Shown here: piece by piece, positions 25,350-38,217 of the stretch
How positions within the stretch are numbered: position 1 is the first letter of the stretch
How the letters are laid out: the number at the start of each line of letters is the position of its first letter
Translations under genes and position numbers: made by a program
Notes under the pieces: model-generated
Seen by the model: only the letters and a program-made list of their open reading frames with translations
What the model was told of the DNA's origin: nothing
Databases searched by the model: none
DNA from: Octopus vulgaris
Lineage: Eukaryota
Assembly (NCBI GenBank): GCA_951406725.2
Contig: OX597817.1
Location: 130,014,001 to 130,078,000 of the forward strand
Reading direction: 5' to 3'
Length of the DNA stretch: 64,000 nt

Positions 25350-27607
25350 AACCCTCGAATTAAATTCAGACAATATTCTTGTCATTCTAAACAGAATAAA
25401 AGCAGTATCAAATATTATTTTCCTAGATATTTATCAGATATAAAATGGATAAAATTGAATTCATTTTATTTGCTGAAGTTCAGATAAAATAGGAAAAATT
25501 ATGAAAATATTTCTGTAAATTTGTGTGGTTTTTGCATCACTTTTAATCTGCTAGGAGATGCAATATTTCTATGTGACGACGCAATTCCTACAACTTATTG
25601 CATCATCTTTCAGGAGAGTATTAATATGAGAGAGAACAAATATCTGCCTTTAGTTTGCTATCAAGTTTCATATAGTTCGGCTGTGTTTTCCAATATGCCT
25701 AAACGTGAAAATTTGAGTGAAGACCAAATACCGAAAAGGTTATTGGAATTAAATGAAGAATGGGAAGAAGATAGTATTGGTTGCTCTGAAGATGATGGTG
25801 AAAGTGATTGTGTTGCTGGACAGTTTGGGTTCTGTGTTATTAGATGATGAAGATACTCAAAAACTCAAAAAGTTATCTGCCAGCCACCCAATTATGGATG
25901 AGCAATATTTCTAGAGACAGGCAAGAAGTTTGGCATTCTAATCCTCTTACTCAAGCAGCAGTATGAACTTTATCTTGCAATATTGTGCGCCAAGAATGTG
26001 GACCATCCTGTTTTGCTAAAATGACGTGATAGAATTGAAACATATTTTACTATCTTTATGCATCAGAATCTTCTTGAAGCAATCCTTAAATGGACAAATG
26101 CTGATGGTCAGGTTGTTTACAAAGATAAACGGAAGGAAATTGCTCACTCTGAACTAAAGAAATTTATCGGACTGATTATTCTTATAGGTGTTTATAAATC
26201 TAAACATGAAAATGTCTAACAGTTATGGAGTCAAGAAGATGCCCCTTCCCCCAATAATCAACAAAATTATGAGCCGGGGAAAATTTCAACAGATTTTACA
26301 AGTATTGCATTTTGATGTTGCTAGTACAAGAAGGAAAAGAGAGAAATGATGATAAATTGGAACCCATAAGAGAGGTATTTGGAATGTGGATTCAGAATTT
26401 GCAAGATGGATATGTCCCAGTTAACTAGTTTCATTCAGAGGGCGCTGCCCATTCTGGGTATATATTCCTTCAAAACCAGGGAAATATGAAATTAAAATTT
26501 GGGTAATATGCGACAGTAAACCATATTATGCCTGGAAAAGGCAAATCTACACTGGAAAAGACCCAGTAAAAGGGGGAGAAACAAATCAAGGTTCAAGAGT
26601 TGTTGAAGACCTAGTAAAAGAACTTGAAAATACTGGTTGCAATATAACTTGTGATAATTTTCTTTACAAGTCTAGGATTGACTTGAAAGTTGCTTAGCAA
26701 GAAATCTACTTTAGTTGGAACAATTAGAAAGAACAGAGTTGAACTTCCAAGTGTTTTCACAAATGGAAAAGAAACAGAAATCAACATCACAATATTTGGA
26801 TTTCAAAAGGATTCTAAGATCCTATCTTATTGTTCCAAGGAAAATTATGTAGTCACACTTATGAGTACAATGCACTCTCAGCCTTCAGTTGATTCAAAAA
26901 GTGATGAAAAGAAACCTGAAGTTATTACATGTTACAACAAAACAAAAGGAAATACCCTAAATAAGATGGTAAGGACATACACTTGCAAAAGAATGACTCG
27001 AAGATGGCCTATGGTTATATTCTACAACGTGACTGTTATAAGTACAGTGAATGCTTTCATTGTTGCTAAACAGCTTCACTTGCAAAGTTTCAAGGCTAAA
27101 AAAAGACAGTGCCTAATTCATTTAGGAAAGGAACTTGCTGAAGTTAATGTTAAACAAGAACATGACAAACAATTTTCTAGTTCCGCTAACATTTCTCAAC
27201 CAAACAAGATAAGAAGACGATCTTCAAGCTCATTTGCGAGTCCTCAGCCAAAGAAAAAAAGATGTTCTTTGTTTTGCCCCAAAATAACAGGAAAACTCGT
27301 ACTACATGTAAGAATTGCAATATCCATGTTTGCCAAGAACATTCCAATGATGTCTGCATTCACTGCCACGAAGAGCTGTAATTATGTACTTTTGTAATTT
27401 TTAAAATTTATAATATATTCTGTAAGCTGTATTTTTTAAATAAAAATTTGTGAGAAACACAAATTCTTCATTCACCTGATAGCATATATAATGTAGCTAA
27501 GAAATAGTGTTAGTTTGAATTAAATTTAATTATAAGAAAAATATTGGGTGCATTGGACCCTGTTGGTAACTAGTGACATACATTTTCTCTGGTAGACCAA
27601 GGGCTAA
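25350..27607 (+). mobile_element. piggyBac transposon (PGBD4-like), transposase 25695-27380 disrupted
   Basis: Motifs FRGRCPF.VYIPSKPGKY.IKIW.ICD, NITCDNF, VGTIRKN, MSTMH, YNKTKG and RRWPM, plus a Cys-rich C-terminus. The right end is ...AAGGG-CTAA (mutated TTAA); the left end is uncertain. Confidence 0.92.
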
Positions 27608-27974
27608 TCTACATGTCCATGCTCTTTCCATCGGAATCCTCTAAGTATCTTCGATTCCTCTTTTCTAGTCATTCTAACCGAAGTCAACCTCAATTCTTCC
27701 TCCCTCCTCCCTCCTTCTTCCTCTTTTCTCTCTACCTCCCCCTCCTGTCTCTCTCTCCCTCTCTCTCAGAATAGCTTTTCAAGTAATTCCTCTCAGTGCA
27801 TCCATTTTCCTCGGGCACTTCTTGATCTAAATATATTCAAGCTGAAGAAATTAATTCTTAATTTCTCGAAATTATCTTCCTTTACTTTTGAGAACTGCTA
27901 ACAATTCCTTGTAGATTATTATTTTCTTACTTCAGCTTAACTAGAAATTTTGAAATTGTTAAGCATTTTTGCTT

Positions 27975-28178
27975 ATTGCGTCCACCACTCACTACAAAAT
28001 TGTTGGTGTATTTACGTCCCAATAACCTAGCGGTTCGGCAAAACAGACCGATTGAATAAGTACCAGGCATAAAACATAGTACTGGGGTCGATTCGTTCGT
28101 CTACAATTCTTCTAGGTGGTGCCCCAGCATGGCCGCAATCCAATGACTGACACAAGTAAAGGGTACAAGATAAAAGAA
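27975..28178 (+). mobile_element. SINE A tail fragment (others at 32305-32450 and 42720-42932)
   Basis: TAGCGGTTCGGCAAAA..AATAAGTACCAG..CCCAGCATGGCCGCA. Confidence 0.75.
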
Positions 28179-28916
28179 ACATCATCAACAACAACAATAA
28201 CAAAAAAAAACACGATGCATTTTATCAACGAAATGCATGAGTGATTTTCCGAATCAGTTTCGGTTGTCACTAATAAATGATAGTCGAATCACATCCACCC
28301 TGGAAAGAACGCTAGTTCACCACATGTAACTTTCCAAACAACATAAACTTCACTGATTATTTTTTCTACTCTTTCACTAGTTTTATCTAGTTATCTGTAG
28401 TCATGCTGGAGCAACCTACAAAAAAAAAAAAGAAAGAAAAAGAAAGAAAGAAGGAAGGAAAATCTGCAGCAAAATGCTTTCACCTTGTAGTTGATTGAAA
28501 CTCATGTCTGTTTTGCCAATAGACTAAGAGCTTCTCTACTGAGATAGATCCATGAAGCAAATAAACAGTGAAAAAATAAACAAGATACAAAGAAACAGAA
28601 GAGCTTTTCTTAATAGAATTTACTTCCAATTACAAAATTCTCATTAGCAACATGACATCAACAAACAACACAGTTTATTTACTAATTTGATGACGTCATT
28701 GCTTCAGGCGTCAGATTGCAGCCATCTTTGCTTTACTTTATGTTGCTTTTTTTTTTCGTTTTTTATTTTATTTTATTTTATGTTATTTTATTTTTCAATC
28801 TAAGCTACATTTGTGGACTGATGAACATTTTTTTTACATGGATACAAATGGTTACTTTGTTACTGTTTCTCATAGATATCAACGCAACTTATTTGCAAAA
28901 TTCCTATCAACATGTG

Positions 28917-28978
<62 letters not shown>

Positions 28979-28987
28979 CACACACAC

Positions 28988-29125
28988 ACGAGCCAATATG
29001 GAAGGCATTAGACTAGCGCTCGGCTTGCTAGAAAAAGCACCTGTATTAAGCACATACGCTCACACACAAACACGCACGTACGCACTCACACACACGCACA
29101 CACACATCCACACCCACCCAAACCC

Positions 29126-29169
<44 letters not shown>

Positions 29170-29540
29170 GCACGCACACACACATGAGCTAGTATTGAAG
29201 GCATTACACTAGCGCTCGATTTCCTTGAAAAGGCACCTACCGTATTTTAACGTGTATAAAGAACCCTTTTTTGTCAAAAATTAGATTTAAAAAATATGGG
29301 AGCTTTTTATACATGGATAGTATTATAATCCATTACAAAACCTTTTCTTCCAAATTTAAAGCACCCCAAATTAGGGGGTTCCTTATACACGAGGATTCCT
29401 TATACACCTTAAAATACGGCATATCACACACACGCACACACGCACACACGCAAACACGCATACACACACATACACACTTGCGCACGAGGCAGTATGGAAG
29501 CCACAGCACTAGCGCTCGATTCGCTAGAAAAAGCAGCTAA
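28988..29540 (+). repeat. Three ~55-bp units (..CTAGCGCTCG..CTAGAAAAAGCA) separated by (CA)n
   Basis: Units start at about 28988, 29183 and 29483. Confidence 0.8.
29240..29419. mobile_element. 180-bp pogo/Tc1-type MITE
   Basis: TIRs CCGTATTTTAACGTGTATAA and TTATACACCTTAAAATACGG; flanks TA and CA. Confidence 0.8.
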
Positions 29541-29547
29541 ATGACAC

Positions 29548-29600
<53 letters not shown>

Positions 29601-30109
29601 AACAAACTCATATACTGACTCAAACAGACACACACTGTGCATCACCATATCTTGAAAAAGAAGATAGCTGTATAATGCATGCCTCACCTTACAATGTCTG
29701 AAGTAAGAATAGGTTAGTCATGGCTGAGGCATCTTTTATTAAAGGTCTTCCAGATAAGGACTGACTTGCGGATGAAAAACACCCTTAGAATACCAAGGTA
29801 ACCACAGCATTAGGGATTATAGTTTTAGATGTGCTACCTCTGATGAAATAACATGATGACCACGATTGCATTATTTTTTATCATATGTGTAAGGGACAAC
29901 GGTTAACCTTGGGTTAAACACTTGATCGATCAAGTGAATATGTTATTGTTGAAACAGATCCCTCTCTCTCCCGCTCTCTCTCCATCCATCCATCCATGTA
30001 GCCAGCCAGCTGTGTATGTATTTTTGAATGAATGAGTCCAGTGAATGAAAGTTTATATGACTTTTCTTTACGACCGTCGTCCCACTTTTTAAGAAAACAA
30101 AAGTTTCCG

Positions 30110-30645
30110 TGTTATTTCTCTTCTTGAATACTTAGCCTCTCATTTGGTTCGCGGTAGGGCCTGTATGTACAGGAGCCCAAGTCAAGCGTGACGTCTAAGA
30201 AGTCCGCGGTGTTGAGATTGGTCTCGATGGTAATTTTCAGTCCCATGGAGCCAAGTGTGCTAATTAGATCTTTCCTAAGCCTGTCTAGGGTGTCTCCGTT
30301 TGCTCCTCTGGAGATGGCATGGCATCATCACTGTAGAGACCAAAGCGGAGAGAGGGGAACATTTTCTTAAGAGTATCAAGGATATACAACATGATGAGGT
30401 CACATACATCAGTGCTGTCAAAGGAGCCCATGGGGTCGGATTGCTTGACCCTGGTCGAACCTTTATTGAACAGCACTGTTTTCCTACATGCATAATGACA
30501 TCTATATCTCTGTCGCTAACGTCTGTAGGTAGGATATTCCTTAATAGGATATTCCTTAAGTTAATTTCAGACGTTCACATAGGTACGGACGCATTTTCAA
30601 CAGACACAACCTTAGGGTCCCTTTTAGCTGTGCCCCCAATATATA
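30110..30645 (-). pseudogene. PLE reverse transcriptase fragment
   Basis: MGSFDSTDVCDLIMLYIL...FGLYSDDA (compare PLE MGSYDGAEVCELVGLY..GLYRDDG), followed by KITIETNLNTADFLDVTLDL. Confidence 0.85.
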
Positions 30646-30649
30646 GAGA

Positions 30650-31480
30650 ATTCTAATTAGTACTCCTAAATCACGAGCGGAGGCAGAAAGCTCATGCAGG
30701 GACAGCAACAGATGCCCAGAGAGAAGCCACCGCGAAACCAAGGGAGTTGTCTACAAAACTGGGGTGCTGGCCGACCCTAATAGCAGTAGCAACGTCAGCA
30801 GCTTCCCTAACGGCTACTACTGTAGCAGGGTCGACAATACTAACAGTAGCAGCAGCAGAAACACGATCATAACCAGCGACAGCAACATCACCAACAATAA
30901 CAACAACAACATCAACGACAGCAATGGCAGTATCCCTAACGGAAATAGCAGCAGAGCCATTGCCATTGAAATCTATAACAACAGTGACAATGATAGCGCT
31001 TCCATCAACGACGATGACCATAACAACAGCACCATTACCAACATCAGTAGTAACGGCATCAACACTATTGCCACCTCCAATGATACCAACACCAACAGCG
31101 TCAGTACCAACAACAGCGGTAACAGCAACGCCAACACCAACGTTAACACCCGAGCACGGAGATACGTCAGTTCATCCGGTAACACATTCAGGCAACGCCT
31201 CCCCAATCACAGATCTTCCTTCAGGTTGCCGGAAAGGAGATACGTTACATCATTAGCCAGCCATGTATGACCAGCTGAAGGTCGTCGGGATTCCACTCAC
31301 TATCGTGGAGAATCCTAGAAAACCAAAGCCCCTACTTAAACGGGACCAAGTGTTGTAAACTCTGCATAACTGAACGGGCGAGGATACTAAAGGACTCCCT
31401 CGATCCGGGGAACGTCTTTAAACCCAGAACGGAGGTCTTCGGACGGTGCTTGCATTTCAGGAAATTCCTGCTCGCCTATT
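30650..31480 (+). pseudogene. PLE GIY-YIG endonuclease with in-frame N/S-rich insert; C-terminus frameshifted
   Basis: One frame reads SCRDSNRCPE...GVVYK-[low complexity]-RYVSSSGNTFRQRLPNHRSSF..TSLASHV*. Shifted frames then give WRILE, PYLNGTKCCKLCITE and EVFGRCLHFRKFLL, typical of PLE C-termini. Confidence 0.85.
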
Positions 31481-31570
31481 GGAACCTATTGGACATTGAG
31501 TAGCGAGGTCTTTCATCTGCCATTTTCTAGAGAGGCCTCTTCCATTTTCTAGAGAGGCAATAAGCCAACA

Positions 31571-31643
31571 GGTTTGGGATCTGATGATACGCCGTAAAGC
31601 TAAGCGCTTTATGGACGTGAAACCCAAAGTAATCCCATAAACC
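31571..31643 (+). ncRNA. Type-I hammerhead ribozyme with canonical core
   Basis: GGGAT-CTGATGA-T-ACG CCGTAAAGC taagc GCTTTATGG a CGT-GAAA-C ccaaa G-TA-ATCCC. Stem I extends through GGTT/AACC. Predicted cut after 31631. Confidence 0.85.
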
Positions 31644-31658
31644 GGCCTAATCTAACTT

Positions 31659-31700
31659 AACTGTCCGACGAACGGGAACGGGAAACTCTGAGTAACAGTT
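31659..31700 (+). ncRNA. Second, tandem type-I hammerhead ribozyme
   Basis: AACTGT-CCGACGA-A-CGGGAACGG-GAAA-CTCTGAG-TA-ACAGTT. 6-bp stem I, quasi-palindromic ACTC(T)GAGT stem III, weak stem II. Predicted cut after 31694. Confidence 0.75.
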
Positions 31701-31769
31701 TTTGTGATATTTCTGCTGCTTTTTAATAAACTATATATATATATATATATATATATATGCTTTTACTAT

Positions 31770-31981
31770 TTTATTCTTTTATTTGTTTCAGCCACCCGAC
31801 TACGGCCATGCTGAAGCACCGCCTTTAGTGGAGCTAATTGACCTCAGTGCTTATTTTTTGTAAGCCTAGTACTTATTCTATCGGTCTCTTTTGCCGAACC
31901 ACTAGGTTACGGAGACGTAAACACACCAGCATCGGTTGTCAAGCCATGTTGGGGATGGGGGACAAACACATACACACATAC

Positions 31982-32051
<70 letters not shown>

Positions 32052-32213
32052 CGGCGGGCTTCTTCCAGTTTCCGTCCACCAAATCCACTCACAAGGCTTT
32101 GGTCGGCTCGAGGCTATAGTAGAAGACACTTGCTCAAGGTGCCACGCAGTGAGACTGAACCCAGGATCATGTAGTTGGTAAGCAAGCTACTTACGAAACA
32201 GCCACTCCGGCGC
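31770..32213 (-). mobile_element. Full-length SINE family A
   Basis: Reverse complement has head, core, (TA)n(TG)n middle and tail. Confidence 0.9.
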
Positions 32214-32214
32214 T

Positions 32215-32301
<87 letters not shown>

Positions 32302-32451
32302 CTTAACGGTACGATAAAATAGATTGATAAAATAAGTACCAGTCTTTAAGAAAACAAGTATTGGGGTCGATTCAGTCGACTAAAAATTCTTCAGGATGAT
32401 GCCCCAGCATGGCTGCAGCCTAATCAATGAAATAAGTAAAAGATAAAAGAT

Positions 32452-32510
<59 letters not shown>

Positions 32511-32588
32511 CATGCGTACATAGCTAGTTACATGGAGTCTAGAACTCTAGGTGTAGTGACTTCCTGTCATTGACGCTCACACACACAG

Positions 32589-32661
<73 letters not shown>

Positions 32662-32662
32662 C

Positions 32663-32695
<33 letters not shown>

Positions 32696-32756
32696 TGTAT
32701 GTATGTATGTATGTATGTATGTATGTATGTATGTATGTATGTATGTACGTATGTAT

Positions 32757-32803
<47 letters not shown>

Positions 32804-33236
32804 AATACACATAGGTTCATATATATGTATATCTAGTAGTGTGTATAGGTTACGAATCGACGAAAGAAGTAATTCTAGGGAGTGAGTGATTTGTTCAAGA
32901 AGTAATCTTATTTTTTCCTTTCTTTCTTAATTTTCTTCTTTATTTATTCATTTTGAGGTCTTAAAATAGTTAGCTTGTTTTCAAAGATAAAATTAGATTT
33001 TCTGGGCTATTAGAATAGTCCGGTTGTTTCCTGCTTTATATCCCCAAACCATCAGCGGTGAGATAAGTTACTGCTCACATAACAAAGACTGCCATTATAT
33101 CAATCTCTGACATTTCTTCATTTCACGAGATATATTTAATGGATAAAACCTGACTGACCGACTTAGCATAACCAACTTGTCATGTATGTATGTATGTATG
33201 TATGTATGTATGTATGTATGTATGTATGTATGTATG

Positions 33237-33268
<32 letters not shown>

Positions 33269-33270
33269 CA

Positions 33271-33303
<33 letters not shown>

Positions 33304-33366
33304 CTATCCATCTATCTATCTGTCGGTCTATGTATTTATCTATGTGTATACCTACCTACCTATATG

Positions 33367-33412
<46 letters not shown>

Positions 33413-34329
33413 CACAGATACTTCATATATATACGTGTGTCTGTGTGTGAACCCACAAAACACCCACCCACACATATATATCAGTGTGTATATGCTTACT
33501 TGTTTAGGTATACGTGGGGCGTGAACGGTAATTTCACATGAAACAAAATTATCAAACTAATCTTGCATCTGGAAACCTATAGGCGATCCATACTGCCTTA
33601 GTTAATAATAAACAGCTAATTAATAACATGTGTATGTACTATATATGTACTGTGTCCTTAATAATGATTATACTGTATATATAATAATGGCTATTAACAT
33701 AAGCACGCGGCCATAGTTGAACTGGTGACGTTACGAAATGGTAGCGAATGTTGATGGGTATTGGTAGGTGTTAGCTCAGTAGATTGAATTTACCCTAGTA
33801 CTTTAATTGTATATTATGTAGTTGATCTTAGAAGTATGAAAAGAATATTTGAACCTGGCGAAATTTCAACCCTGAACTTAAACAAGGAGATGTGGCGAAA
33901 TACCGAGAGTCTTATATTTTGGAACCATACCGGTTGTAGCGTACACTGCCGAATTTGCTAATTGAAGTCGCTAATGGTTGTAAACGCGACTGAAAAAATA
34001 TAAATTCCCTCATTACATAAATAACACTATCTACGAGGGATAATACCCTACTGGATAATATATAAAAAAATTCTACACTTACTCAGATGAAATTTAATAC
34101 TTAGTATGAAGCAAAACTATGTGAAAGCTATTATGAGGCAAATTTGAAATCTTAAAACTAAAAACATTAGATTAGATCCAGACACCAAAATTAAAGAACC
34201 AGACGAGAACCATTGATATAAATACAGACATGCCTCAACTTATAGCGTTTCGATTAAAAGTTTTATTCGACTCTATGTCGCCATTTTTTTAAAGAAATTA
34301 GTGGGGGAAAAAAACTTCTATTTCAGATG

Positions 34330-34685
34330 ATTTATCCGAATTTATGCCGTAGGATATTTCTAAAGTATCCAGATGTTTCTTCAGATTGGGTGGTATTGAG
34401 CTCAATGCTCCGATGACAACAGGAACAACCTTTATGACTGACTCCCGCAACTGCCCTATCTTGGCGATTTCAATTATCAGGATTCCATTTTTATCAACCT
34501 TTTCTCTTTCTTTCATGATAATATGCCTCGTCGATTATTAGGCACTCTTATTTTCCCTCCTAAAGGTTACTATATCCGGCTTTCGGTGCTCTAACACCTT
34601 GTCTGTCTGGAAATCAAAGTCCCATAAGTTCTTTGCCTTTCCGTTTTCATCCATTAACTTTTCCTGTGCATGTTAGTACCAAGAA
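34330..34685 (-). mobile_element. R4/Dong-type non-LTR retrotransposon fragment (restriction-like endonuclease)
   Basis: WY*HAQEKLMDENGKAKNLWDFDFQTDKVLEHRKPDIV ... KEREKVDK ... VVPVVIGAL. Confidence 0.85.
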
Positions 34686-34689
34686 CCAT

Positions 34690-34942
34690 GTTATAAAAGG
34701 GATATACACCACACAAATGCAACGAACCTCTGCAGAATGTGTGGGAAGAAGGTTGAAAGCGTGACTCACATTGTTAGTGCTTGTGAAAGTCTTGCGCAGA
34801 AAGAGTACAAGGTGATCCAAAACCTTTACTGGCTATTATGCCGGAAGAATGGACACGAGGTGATGGGTGCTTAGAACCATTATACACCGGAACAGGTAAT
34901 GGATAAAAACGGGAAGGCAAAGATCCTCTGGGACTTTGACCT
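34690..34942 (+). mobile_element. R4/Dong-type fragment (CCHC zinc knuckle to LWDF)
   Basis: CRMCGKKVESVTHIVSACESLAQKEYK ... PEQVMDKNGKAKILWDFD. Confidence 0.85.
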
Positions 34943-34981
34943 CCATATTATTATTATTATTATTCCATTTTATTATTATTG

Positions 34982-35016
<35 letters not shown>

Positions 35017-35017
<1 letters not shown>

Positions 35018-35873
35018 GACAAGCCAAGGAGCGCGGTGCGATTGCAATAGATATTTCATTGGCTGAACGATATTTCGGCAGTAAGCCTTTCTTTGTCGAG
35101 TTCAAAATAAAAAGTGATAAAAATTCAAAATTATAGTAAAGTTTATATGCCAATAGTATGTAGCCGTCCTATAAAGGACGATGTTACTGTTGTTTTAGCC
35201 CCAGGAAAACACCTTTTACTGCTGGCTATCGACACACAGTTTGTGTTCGTATAGCATTTGCAAGGGAGGTCATCGCTCCCATCTCTAACCGTACGTGTTT
35301 CTCACATAGGTTTTTGAGTGATTACCTGTCCTCAGTGTGAGACAACCACAGTTTAGTGACGAAAGCTCTCTCTACTCGCAAATACTATATATTCTTTAAG
35401 CGACACACGGTCGCTGATCTCATATAGAGAAAGACAACTTGTTTTAAATCTCTGAGTGAGAGATATACAGTAACAGTACCGAATAGTAAAGCTTATATGC
35501 CAACAGAAGTTGGCAGTCTTAAAGGACGATGTTACTGTTGTTTTAGCACTAGGAAAACATCTTTTCCAGCTGGCTATCGACACACAGTTTGTGTTCGTAT
35601 AGCATTTATAAGGGATGTTGAATTATAGAAATTCAAATCTAAAATATGAATGAGAGCAACTAGCATCCACACGTCGTTGGAATGACATCATCAGTCTTTC
35701 AGTTTCAAGTGGCGAAAAGAAAAAGACAGAAAAAAGAAAAAGAAAAAGAATTTCTATAACTTTGAATTTTTATCACTTCTTATTTGGAACTCGACAAAGA
35801 CAGACTTGCTGTCGAAATATTGTTCAATCAATAAAATATCTATTGCAATCACATCCCGCTCTTCGTCTTGTTT
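35017..35873. mobile_element. MITE-like element with ~120-bp inverted termini and two internal ~125-bp direct repeats
   Basis: 35017-35136 mirrors about 35754-35873. Direct repeats lie at about 35133-35258 and 35482-35607. Confidence 0.8.
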
Positions 35874-35912
35874 GTTTAATTTGTGAAGAGTTACATCAAA
35901 CCTTTTAAAATC

Positions 35913-36000
<88 letters not shown>

Positions 36001-36001
36001 T

Positions 36002-36199
36002 AAGGCAGCGAACTAGCAGAATCGTTAGCACAGCACGCCGGGCAGAATGCTTAGCAGTATTTCAACCGTCGCTACGTTCTGAGTTCAAATTCCGCCGAGG
36101 TCGATTTTACCTTTCATCCTTTCGGGGTCGGTAAATAAGTACCAGTTGAACACTGGGGTCGATGTAGTCGACTCATCTCTTCCCCACAAATTGCTGCCC

Positions 36200-36200
<1 letters not shown>
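36002..36200 (+). mobile_element. SINE family B between (TTA/TCA)n and (TTA)n tracts
   Basis: AAGGCAGCGAACTAGCAGAATCGTTAGC head, GTTCAAATTCC and core. Confidence 0.9.
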
Positions 36201-36270
<70 letters not shown>

Positions 36271-36439
36271 GCGGGGTGGGGAGGAGGTATGAGTCAGAAA
36301 GTGCTGGAAGTTAATTATTGAGGAACTATAGAATTCATAATTCAACATAGCATCCTGTGGAAATCCGTCTTCACAAAATATTCTTGATTATCGCATCATG
36401 CTTGGAGGCTTTTATGACAAATCACACACATTCCACTAA

Positions 36440-36464
36440 ATGCACAATAACACCACCAGAACCG

Positions 36465-36530
<66 letters not shown>

Positions 36531-36675
36531 CGACGACGACGATGACGACGACGACGACGACGACGATCACAAAGTGTACAGCAGACAACGGTAAAATGAA
36601 CTCAGCATCATCGCCAACATATCGATCGTCAGATCTATTGTACCATTGCTACTAACACTACCATCAATGCTGTTG

Positions 36676-36715
<40 letters not shown>

Positions 36716-36716
36716 C

Positions 36717-36760
<44 letters not shown>

Positions 36761-36761
36761 C

Positions 36762-36812
<51 letters not shown>

Positions 36813-36869
36813 GCTGCTGCTGATGCTGATGCTACTACTACTACTAATATTATTATTATTATTATTATG

Positions 36870-36911
<42 letters not shown>

Positions 36912-37086
36912 GTTGTATGTAACAATATGTCATTACCATTAACAAATGCACAGCACTTTCGTTAAATGTAAAGCACCACTTCGCTAAATGCATTGTACTG
37001 CTAACGCCAAAATACGAAAACTATCCACCTCCTCTATCACCACTACGATCACCACCACCACCACCACCACCACCACCACCAACACC

Positions 37087-37118
<32 letters not shown>

Positions 37119-37200
37119 CAACAACAACAACTCCATAACCACAACGGACATCATCACGATAATCACCATCATAATAAGCACAACCACCACCACTGCGACC
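36440..37200. repeat. Compound trinucleotide microsatellite field (CTA, CGA, CCA, TTA, CAA)
   Basis: Seen directly in the sequence. Confidence 0.9.
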
Positions 37201-37284
37201 ATCACTACATGGGGATCCTATGTGTGGTCACTCTATTTGTCAGCTGCTAAAATTCTCTCGAATGACCTTAGACTATGTGGTCAG

Positions 37285-37395
<111 letters not shown>

Positions 37396-38217
37396 CGTGT
37401 GTGTATGTGTGTATGTATGTGTGCGTGTGTGTATTTACTGCAAACTCCTTCAATAATGGATCTCTCCTGGATTAGTGACCAGAAACCAAGCAACAAGAAT
37501 AACATTAACAACAACAACGAAGACGATGATGGCGGTGGCTACTACTACTACTACTACAAGCGTGTCATCAAGCACCGAAAAATATCGCATCTATCACCAT
37601 TAAAAAAATACTGCCACTATCACCACCACCACCACCACCAATTATGCAACCCAAAATACACACTAGTCTTCCTACCACCACCACGACCGTCATCATAAAA
37701 TGCACGTCATTCAATGTTGACATGGCAGTCATATCAGTGAATGTGAATGATTCACCAATCAAAATGTCTCCAGAGAATACGTGTAGAATTAATAATGACT
37801 TCTAAAGACACTTCTAAACAATATACATATGTATGTATGTCACATGCAAATTGGAAGACTTGTGAATGTTGTCTGTTGCTATGATTTCCTTGTAACTTCC
37901 TCTACCCATCTTTTCTAATATCACACCATCTCCAACACTCACCATCTCCAACACTCACCTCTCTTCTCCTGTTCACATCTGAAGTATATTGTCAATTTAT
38001 TTATTTGTTTCAACAATATCTTGAATAACAACATCAAGAATAAAACTAATAATTTATTTTAGGTGGCGATAAATATTACTTCTCAGTATAGTTACTCTTA
38101 TAGAGATTTTCTCAACGGGATAATTTGCTTGTTGCAATGTCAGTGACTGTGTGTCACTTGATTTCTGTGTATTGCAAGCTGGACTAAACAACTACTATCT
38201 CTAGCAGGCGAGTATCC

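Noticed and set aside
26690-27397. 235-aa piggyBac ORF as a possible domesticated gene
   Set aside because: The upstream transposase has many stops and frameshifts, the third catalytic Asp region is deleted, and the Cys-rich tail is frameshifted.
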